Part shown: piece after piece, positions 54,911 through 64,000 of the stretch
Numbering within the stretch: the first letter of the stretch is position 1
How the letters are laid out: each line of letters begins with the position of its first letter
From: Octopus sinensis
Taxonomy: Eukaryota
Assembly: GCF_006345805.1 (NCBI RefSeq)
Contig: NC_042998.1
Span: 4,960,001-5,024,000 of the forward strand
Direction of reading: 5' to 3'
Length of the DNA stretch: 64,000 bases
Program-made: the position numbers and the translations under genes
The notes under the pieces: model-generated
What the model was told of the DNA's origin: nothing
Databases searched by the model: none
The model's input: the letters and a program-made list of their open reading frames with translations, nothing else

Positions 54911-55276
54911 TAGCGTTTACGTAGTTATATATCAACCGCAGATCTACTGCATTCTTTGTATCTCTGTAAGCCATCAAGTTTTTACTGATTTTGTCGGCTG
55001 CTAAAGGCTTAACTATGATATGACAATAGTTTTAAGTCACGCATTACACATTATCATCATAACCATTATCTAGCATCGTAAGCAGCAAAAACAAAGATAA
55101 AAATACAAAATAAAAAAATTAAATAAAAAATGCTGGTAATAAGAACTTCAACAACGAAAGTTAGCACTAAATATACATACATATAAAATTACACACACAC
55201 ACACACACATATATGTAAATACATATGGATGAGCATGTTTATACACAGATATACATGCATATACATACATACATGC

Positions 55277-55311
<35 letters not shown>

Positions 55312-55554
55312 ATTATATATATATATATATATGTGCATATGTAATGATAGCTAGATATATAGGTAGACATATATGTGCGCATATATTTGTATGAATGTTT
55401 GGGCATATATAAATACATACGCATGAATATATGTATGTATATATGTGTGTGTGTGTTTGTGTGTGGGGTGTAAACACACACACACACCTATACATATATT
55501 TATATTTATATATATATATATATATATAAACACACCCACACACACCTATACATA

Positions 55555-55597
<43 letters not shown>

Positions 55598-55899
55598 AGG
55601 TGTGTGTGGGTGTGTTTACACCCCCCCCCACGCATTCATACATACATACATACATACATGCATACATTCATATATTAACAAAGGTTACGCGCACAATGCC
55701 CGTGTGCCGCATGCCGATTAAATCAATTTCCATGAGAATTGCATGAGACATAAATTACTGACAAAAAGATTTTGTAACGTACTACTTTTTGTCTGTAATT
55801 AAATCTGCTTACATACTTCCTTTGCATTACAGATGCATATCTAAAGCTGATTTTTTTTTCTGTCATGTGCAATACTTTTGAGACTCTGTTTATTGATAA

Positions 55900-56280
55900 C
55901 TAGCAGTATCGCCCGGCGTTGCTCAGGTTTGTAAGGGAAATAACTATAAAGCATTTTTAGAGAGTTATAGCCAAAAAATAGCAAAAAAATGGGAAAAAAT
56001 GATGGTAAATTTTTTTTTAGTTAAAAAAGGTGGAGTTGCGTCCCCTAGACAGTTTGCGGTTTGTGTTTCTGATTCTCGACCCCATGTCGAATTTATCGAT
56101 TTTTTTCAGAACTGGGGGAACTTTTCAAAATTTTTGCTGCGTTAGTTTTGAATTATGACATTGGGCTATGTGTGTGTCAAGTTTCATCAGAATCGGTTGA
56201 AAGCCGTGGTCAGGGTGAGGGTACAAGCAAACAGACACACAGAAAACGCACAGACAAACTGCCGTTTATATAGAGAGAGA
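55900..56280 (-). mobile_element. Complete non-autonomous Helitron (381 bp)
   Basis: Minus strand: flank A | 5' TC (56280) ... GC-rich hairpin (cgcc-c-ggcg) ... CTAG 3' (55900) | T, the canonical A^T insertion without TSD. Internal aagtttcatcagaatcggttga...acagacaca motif is typical of Lep1-like Helitrons. Confidence 0.88.
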
Positions 56281-56494
56281 TTTTAATTGAGTGACTTAAG
56301 ACAATACTCAGACAATACTAAGACAATACTAACGCGCTTAGTTTATTTATTCTAAATGAAATGTACGTGCAGCATAGAGGTAGCCATAAGAACATACAGA
56401 AATTGTTTAAATCTAACGAGTTATCCTTTTCTTTTTCTATCGTCTTGTATTATTTAGTACGTTGTTTGTCCGTTGAAATATTTTCCTTATATAG

Positions 56495-56735
56495 GCGAAG
56501 GTGTGGCTGTGTGATAAGGCGCTAGCCCATCGCAGGTGTGTGTATGTGTGTCCACCATCATCTGAAAACTGATATTGGTGTGTTTACGTCCCCGTAACTT
56601 AGCGGCTCGGCAAAGTTATCGATATAATAAGGATCTAGCTTTACAGGAAAGTATTAGGGTCGATTCGTTCAACTAATAAGTCTGCAAGGAAGTGCCCAAG
56701 CATGGCCACAGTCTAATGACTGAAAGAAGTAAAAA
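56495..56735 (+). mobile_element. Internally deleted, diverged SINE-C
   Basis: Head ggcgaaggtgtggctgtgtg; tail catggccacagtctaatgactgaaag. Confidence 0.8.
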
Positions 56736-57094
56736 ATAATAGTACTTTTTTAAGTACAACAGCAGTGTACAAGAGTTATTACTCACTATGTCAGGTGATT
56801 TATTACATTTTCCTTGTTTTTTAATTATATATTTCTGTGCCTAGGAGATGATTTTCACCTCGAGGAGTACTAAATGACTCACTTGAAACCTGTCGACTGT
56901 CACAGAAGAAATTTTTTTTAATAAAACTGACGTCATTTGAAGTGAAATAACGTCTCCTTTGGGATGACAGGAATGCCTGGACAGAAATTATCTCCCCTTG
57001 TAGATCTATTTAAAATTGTCACTATGAACACATGGGTCAAAAGAGTTTTGATTTCTAGTTTTGTAGATTTTACAATGATATTCTACATCCTAGC

Positions 57095-57290
57095 TGATAG
57101 AATCATTAGCATGCCGGGCTAAATGCTTAGCGGCATTTCCCTCTTCTTTATGTTCCGAGTTCAAATTACACTGCGGTTGACTTTACCTTTCGGGGTCGAT
57201 ACAATAAGTACCATTTGAGGACTAGGGTTGATACAAGTGTCTTACCCACTTCCCGAATTTGTTGACCTTGTGCTAAAATTTGAAACCAAT
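57095..57290 (+). mobile_element. Diverged SINE-A
   Basis: gatagaatcattagcatgccgggctaaatgcttagcggcattt...gttcaaatt...ttcggggtcgatac. Confidence 0.8.
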
Positions 57291-58059
57291 ATTATATGGA
57301 CTATTGCTTTCAACTGTAGCGTGTGAGGAAGACATCAAATGTTTTGAGAGATTCCAGAATGTTTTTCAGTGGTTTGGCAGCGCCGGTTACACCAGTTATA
57401 CCATCAAGTGAATTACAAGAACTGAACTGTCTGGTTTCTACTAAATGATACCAGCATAAATATTGTAACCACTGCATTTTGGGACGGCTAGGATGGCTCA
57501 TCCAGAAAATCATTGTACTTGCTGTGATATGCTGGGTTAATTTTCAAATGCAATTCTTGGGATATGTTGATAGTTCGTCAACAGTGCTGTATATCAACAT
57601 CTCTACCCTTTAATGATAGTGGAGCACTATCTCGTAAGGTGGTAACATATGAGCTACGTTACCTTCTTGCTTCATCCGCATTATTAAAAACCTGACATGG
57701 ACTTTCGTATCCTTTGCCACTATCGAGGAAGAACAGGTTGTTCTACACAAAGACCAGTGTTTTTCTTTTACTCCTTTTTTGAAGTCACATCTCAACATTT
57801 ACACTTAAACAGTATGATTGTATTAACAACAACAACAAAACTTGTAACAACACAAAAGAGTAAAATGTTTACATCATGTAAATCCTAATGGGGTTTCGGA
57901 TTTGCAATATATATATATATATATATATAACTCTTTTCAGTTTATTGTACTTCGATACGGATAAAAAATACAGAACCTTCCTCAATAAACAGCTAATGTC
58001 CCTACGTTGTTTTACTACGGATTGCTAGAAGATAACTTTTCTTCCTACACCTCGATTCC

Positions 58060-58099
<40 letters not shown>

Positions 58100-58100
<1 letters not shown>

Positions 58101-58212
58101 CGGAGTAAACACATAAATGTGGAACAAGGTGGAAAAAAGAGTACTCAAATACCAGGGTAGAGTAATATGCTTTATTTAAAAGCAGCAGAAAATTTCTGCT
58201 GCTTTTAAATAA
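58100..58212. mobile_element. Repeat remnant ending in a perfect 41-bp palindrome, embedded in (TA)n
   Basis: ttatttaaaagcagcagaaa-a-tttctgctgcttttaaataa (58172-58212). Confidence 0.6.
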
Positions 58213-58242
58213 TGTATATATTATATATATACATACATATAT

Positions 58243-58275
<33 letters not shown>

Positions 58276-58354
58276 GTAGATACATATGTATATGTATACA
58301 TGTATGTATATCTATCTATCTATCTATCTATCTGTCTATCTATCTATCTATCTA

Positions 58355-58391
<37 letters not shown>

Positions 58392-59210
58392 ATACATGTA
58401 CATACAAATACAGACTCTAACATTCGTATATGCATATATACATGCGCATACACACATAAATTCATATCGCATTGTTTGTAAAGTGAAAGTATTCAACATA
58501 TAGTGTAAAGTATGACTATATATATTCGATTGACCTGTATGCAGTTACTTATCCTTAGGGTTCACAAATAAACTCGTTCATATGATAGCATAAGATATCT
58601 CACATACAATAATCGTAAGTGGATTGTGAATATAGCCAACCAACTTAGTGAACAGCGCCTTGTCTTAACACTAAATTGTAGTAAAATATTTAATATTATA
58701 ATTATATTACATTTTTAGAAATATATTGCTTTTATATATTTTGTATATTACAATTTCACTTGAAACATTGAGGCCATTTTTCTACCTTTTATTCATAATT
58801 ATTCCGTATGGAACTTTCCTCGGTCCCTTTCTACCTGTAATTTAAGATCGGTTTCTTTATCACATTCCCAGTCCAGTCTAATTGTCGCTGCTATTCGCCG
58901 TGATGAAAACAGTATTACAGCATCAATAATTTGAAAGAAGTTAGGCAAATAACAACGGATAACAATAAGAGCTAATCAAATTATTCCTCATATCTCTGTT
59001 TTATAACAAAACAATTTTTTCGTAAAGTTATTTAAACATTGTTTTTATGTTTTGCTATTTTATAAATGTTTACCTTTGTTTACAACTTACAAAATATTGC
59101 ATTGCACAAAGTAAGACGTATAAAGCTAATAAAAAGAGATAAATTCAATAGGAGACAGAAGAAAACAAAACTGCGGTGTTAATGTGACGGCAGCGGTATT
59201 AACGTCCATG

Positions 59211-60910
59211 AAGGCGGCGAGCTGCCAGAAACGTTAGCGCGGCAGGAGAAATGCTTAGCGGTATTTCGCCTGAATGCTACGTTTTGAGTTCGAATTCCGC
59301 CGAGGTCGACTTTACCTTTCATCCTTTCGGGGTCGATAAATTAAGTACCAGTTACGCACTGGGGTCGATGTAATCGACTTAATCCGTTTGTCTGTCCTTG
59401 TTTGTCCCCTCTATGTTTAACCCCTTGTGGGTAATAAAGAAACGGGTATTTCGCCTGACGCTACGTTCTGAGTTCAAATTCCGCCGAGGTCGACTTTGCC
59501 TTTCATTCTTTCGGGGTCGATTGATTAAGTACCAGTTACGCACTGGGGTCGATGTAATCGACTTAATCCGTTTGTCTGTCCTTGTTTGTCCCCTCTATGT
59601 TTAACCCCTTGTGGGTAATAAAGAAACGGGTATTTCGCCTGACGCTACGTTCTGAGTTCAAATTCCGCCGAAGTCGACTTTGCCTTTCATTCTTTCGGGG
59701 TCGATTGATTAAGTACCAGTTACGCACTGGGGTCGATGTAATCGACTTAATCCGTTTGTCTGTCCTTGTTTGTCCCCTCTATGTTTAACCCCTTGTGGGT
59801 AATAAGAAACGGGTATTTCGCCTGACGCTACGTTCTGATTTCAAATTCCGCCGAAGTCGACTTTGCCTTTCATTCTTTCGGGGTCGATTGATTAAGTACC
59901 AGTTACGCACTTGGGTCGATGTAATCGACTTAATCCGTTTGTCTGTCCTTGTTGTCCCCTCTATGTTTAACCCCTGTGGGTAATAAAGAAACGGGTATTT
60001 CGCTGACGCTACGTTCTGAGTTCAAATTCCGCCGAAGTCGACTTTGCCTTTCATCCTTTCGGGGTCGATAAATTAAGTACCAGTTACGCACTGGGGTCGA
60101 TGTAATCGACTTAATCCGTTTGTCTGTCCTTGTTTGTCCCCTCTATGTTTAACCCCTTGTGGGTAATAAAGAAACGGGTATTTCGCCTGACGCTACGTTC
60201 TGAGTTCAAATTCCGCCGAGGTCGACTTTGCCTTTCATTCTTTCGGGGTCGATTGATTAAGTACCAGTTACGCACTGGGGTCGATATAATCGACTTAATC
60301 CGTTCGTCTGTTCTTGTTTGTCCTCTCTGTATGTAGTCTCTTTTGGGCAGTAAAGAAATAGGTATTTCGCCTGCTGTTACGTTCTGAGTTCAAATTCCGC
60401 CAAAGTCGACTTTGCCTTTCATCCTTTTGGGGTTGATTAAATATGAACCAGTTACGCATTGGGTCGGTAAAATCGACTTAATCCGTTTGTCTGTCCTTGT
60501 TTGTCCTCTCTGTGTGTAGTCTCTTTTGGGCAGTAAAGAAATAGGTATTTCGCCTGCTGTTACGTTCTGAGTTCAAATTCCGCCAAAGTCGACTTTGCCT
60601 TTCATCCTTTTGGGGTTGATTAAATATGAACCAGTTACGCATTGGGTCGGTAAAATCGACTTAATCCGTTTGTCTGTCCTTGTTTGTCCTCTCTGTGTGT
60701 AGTCTCTTTTGGGCAGTAAAGAAATAGGTATTTCGCCTGCTGTTACGTTCTGAGTTCAAATTCCGCCAAAGTCGACTTTGCCTTTCATCCTTTTGGGGTT
60801 GATTAAATATGAACCAGTTACGCATTGGGTCGGTAAAATCGACTTAATCCGTTTGTCTGTCCCTGTTTGTCCTCTCTGTGTTTAGCCCTTTGTGAGTAGT
60901 AAAGAAATAG
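59211..60910 (+). repeat. Tandem array of nine ~183-185 bp SINE-A body units behind one SINE head, bounded by a single TSD
   Basis: Units start at 59261, 59446, 59630, 59813, 59995, 60178, 60362, 60545 and 60728. TSD gtattaa(c/t)gtcca at 59196-59208 and 60911-60923. Confidence 0.95.
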
Positions 60911-61048
60911 GTATTAATGTCCACTTCGATTGGAAAGAATGTAATATATAAATTCATGAACTTTCAATTATTATCATATATTATTTTATAAAAATTGTAA
61001 GCAGCAAAAATGTGTTTGGTAGATTATGCAGCAATATGAATGACATTG

Positions 61049-61147
61049 TTTACATTATTTATATTTGACGGATATTTGTCCTCATCATGTTTGTTGTTAA
61101 CACAAACAAGATGAGGACAAATATCCGTCAAATGTAAATAATGTAAA
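61049..61147. repeat. Near-perfect palindrome with ~45 bp arms
   Basis: tttacattatttatatttgacggatatttgtcctcatcatgtttg ... caaacaagatgaggacaaatatccgtcaaatgtaaataatgtaaa. Confidence 0.85.
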
Positions 61148-62079
61148 TAATGTAAATAATTCCTCATCTCTTAAATGTAGAACTGTAATATGAATGACGT
61201 CGTAAATTTTAAGGCAACAACAACTAATATATCATATTGTCAGAGAATTAACTAACATGACCAAATTTAGTCCTTAATTTCGATCATGATTACGTACTGC
61301 GAATTTTTAATATATGAATAATCTCATTATAGATATTGATGTAGTAAAGAAATATTGTTAACATTCACTCGAAAACTGTCGCATGAATAGACAAGTCACC
61401 ACGTAATTCTGATTAACTCAACAATTGTGAACGATATCACACCTGCGACTAAGACCGTATACACTTATATGCACACAATTTAAATTTTAATTATTATTAA
61501 TACTGATGATCAAGGAAACTATGCCCATGATAGAGGAAAAGCAGTGGGCTTTAGAATCAGTCTTCTGCACTGCAATTATTCTTGGCATCTGCATTACACA
61601 CTTCTGCCTGCTAATCAACTGAACACCTAATAAGGCAACGGATGACATTTATGCGGCTGCGTCACTTGTTAGAAATTTTACAGAAATGGTACAATAGTAA
61701 CAAGAGAAATATATCAACCACTATCTATGCAATCCTTTGCTCAACTCCCTGTCGAGTCCGCAACTGAGCAATCATGCACAGTGAATATAAACATATATAT
61801 ATATATATATACATGATACAAATGCAAATACAAACACATAAATATCTATATATGTGGATGTGTGAATTAAAATACACCAATGGGGCGAAAAAGGTATGTA
61901 TGCGAGCTACTTAACTAAGGTAGATTTTCAATGCAGACTGATAACGAAATATTACTGAAAAATTAGACCCATAGCAATGTAAAACCTGAAAAGTATGAAA
62001 CAGGCTTTAAAATGGGAAAGGGTTTCCTCACGTAGGAGAAATTACAGCAATAATTTCCGCCTGGACAGTCGGTTTCAGC

Positions 62080-62566
62080 GATGCCTACATACATAATACA
62101 TATATACATACATGCATACATACATACATACATACATACATAATACATACATACATATATACAGACAGACAGACAGACAGACAGACAGAGGTTATGTTCC
62201 TATGAATTTGAACAAAAACCTTGAAATACGTTGTTTTACAAAGAAAGAGTAAAAGAGGCTGACGCGGATTCTCCAAATTCAATCTATCAGTGGCACAGTG
62301 AAGATTTGTAAGACATTCCAAAAATTCTCCATGTGAGATTCTTATGTATCGGTATTTGCATTCGGTTTACGCAGATATATTTCCATCAACTCACCATCTC
62401 AACCACATATTTGCAAAAGTTGCGAACTCTCTTATCTCTAAAAGTCTTCTCGCTTTTTTAGCAACTGGCTTGAACTCTCTCAAGAAGAACGTAAATAAAT
62501 CTCAAAGAAAAATCGTACATATATGCAAGAACTCATACATAAATCCATCCATCCATCCATCTATAC

Positions 62567-62597
<31 letters not shown>

Positions 62598-62672
62598 CAT
62601 ACATACATACATACATACATACATACATTCATACATACATACATACATACATACAAACATACATACATACAA

Positions 62673-62705
<33 letters not shown>

Positions 62706-62735
62706 CATACATTCATACATACATACATACATACA

Positions 62736-62765
<30 letters not shown>
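62080..62765. repeat. (CATA)n/(GACA)n microsatellites
   Basis: Visible runs at 62080-62190 and 62540-62765. Confidence 0.95.
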
Positions 62766-62766
<1 letters not shown>

Positions 62767-63716
62767 TGATAACATCAACCAAACAAAATTATAATAATAA
62801 TTTAGAGACCCTGATCACAGGTACAGAAATATTCTGTGCTACCAAACAATCAGCTGAAGTAATATTTAATTAGAAACTTATCAAACAAAATTATAACAAC
62901 CCACAAGAGCGAAATGACAAGATGACAAAGCGATGGTAAGCAACAAAGCCCTTGGTAGCATATATTTATTGACTCTAAAGCAAATCGTACATAAATTCGA
63001 AATCATCCCTCGGCCCCGTGGGGCCACTGGACAACTTCCCAGGGTGCCCTGCCTTAAAACAACACGGGGCACACACGTAAACAAATCGAGATCAAACTTT
63101 AGCAAGAATATATTGAACATAAACATATATTAAAATTATAAAGAATGAACAATTAAAGAGGCCGATAAAGGAAATGAATTAGCGTGATAGACACAGAATA
63201 TTACAAAATATAGTATTATCTATGTTAAAAGACAATGCATACTACGAAAAATCCCAAGCTACAATCAGTAAAACATAATATAAAACCTTAGAATGTTTAT
63301 AAACCTTATATCAAAAAGGATACACTGGTATAGAATAGAGCTATATCAACAGAGGCGTGAAGCTGACATCTACTTTGGCATACCCAACGTTTACAAGAGT
63401 GACAAGGATTAATAGAAGTATGTTATGAAAGTACCGACATATTCATTTAGGTAACCTCACCGGATGATTTGGAATAGATCCATAGTAGTTCAGTGTGTGA
63501 AACTCACCGTCTTATTACCCATTTAGACAACCTGCTCAAGCCATTCACAAAGCATATAAGAAAAAGATGCTAAATCATTTGACGATATTAGAAACAAAAC
63601 ATATCAGTTTTCAAATATTTTATATCCCTGAAGCTGTTTTAATACCTAAGTTTTTGAATTATACAATTATTCATTATAAGTATATAATGATTTATATTAT
63701 TATGCATATGTATATA

Positions 63717-63830
63717 TCTATATATATAAAAGAGAATTTGTATGTGTATGAGGGTATGTTCCTATGCATTCGAAAACTGATTTGCCGATTTTGACAAATG
63801 GAGTATCAAAAGATATATATATATGAAGTT
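63717..63830 (+). mobile_element. Possible Helitron 5' end remnant
   Basis: a|tctatatatataaaagag...gtatgttcc...ccgattttgac resembles 5' termini of non-autonomous Helitrons; no 3' CTAG end identified. Confidence 0.35.
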
Positions 63831-64000
63831 TTTTTCTCTTCATCCTATATTATTAGTAGTAGACTTATTACTGATTGCTATAGGGACTGGTAACCATTAC
63901 AATTTGTAGCGGCGAAAAGTCAACACGTTGTTCTGAGACTGACCAAAGAATTTTTATTTTTAGATATAACTGAGGTACTTAAATGTACTTATGTTTTTTG

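Noticed and set aside
54149-55004. Long YVCM/HTYI ORFs, and similar IY, CV and HT ORFs throughout
   Set aside because: Translations of (TATG)n, (TA)n and (TG)n microsatellites.
57310-57600. Possible RTE relic (DIKCFERFQ, NSWDM)
   Set aside because: Only two short weak motif matches; not supportable.
59211-60910. CRISPR-like or satellite gene array
   Set aside because: Units are whole 184-bp SINE bodies with no unique spacers; the context is eukaryotic and there are no cas genes.
63005-63075. GC-rich patch resembling an hAT-MITE terminus (also about 16220-16240)
   Set aside because: No matching second TIR or 8-bp TSD found.

Overview
AT-rich, repeat-saturated animal genomic DNA with no host protein-coding exon that I can support; it is probably intergenic or deep intronic. 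The tRNA-derived SINE families and very high microsatellite density point to an octopod/coleoid cephalopod, an inference from remembered repeat families rather than a database match. Content: three main SINE families (my labels SINE-A, -B, -C) plus a chimeric SINE-B variant; four restriction-like-endonuclease (R4/Dong-type) LINE fragments, each next to (TAA)n; one NeSL/HERO-like remnant; two CR1-group LINEs; RTE relics; Tc1 and DD37D-type mariner relics; a MULE transposase fragment; a piggyBac-type MITE; a complete non-autonomous Helitron; Penelope-like remnants; several long palindromes; and dozens of microsatellites, which explain almost all low-complexity ORFs in the track. The most interesting signals concern retroposon biology. 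SINE-A forms 183-185 bp head-to-tail multimers that restart at an internal GTATT, its target-site duplications tend to begin GTA(T/G), and it has inserted into its own family at that site. SINE-C shares a 3' stem-loop with an adjacent CR1 LINE. Closely spaced inverted SINE pairs could be ADAR substrates if transcribed.
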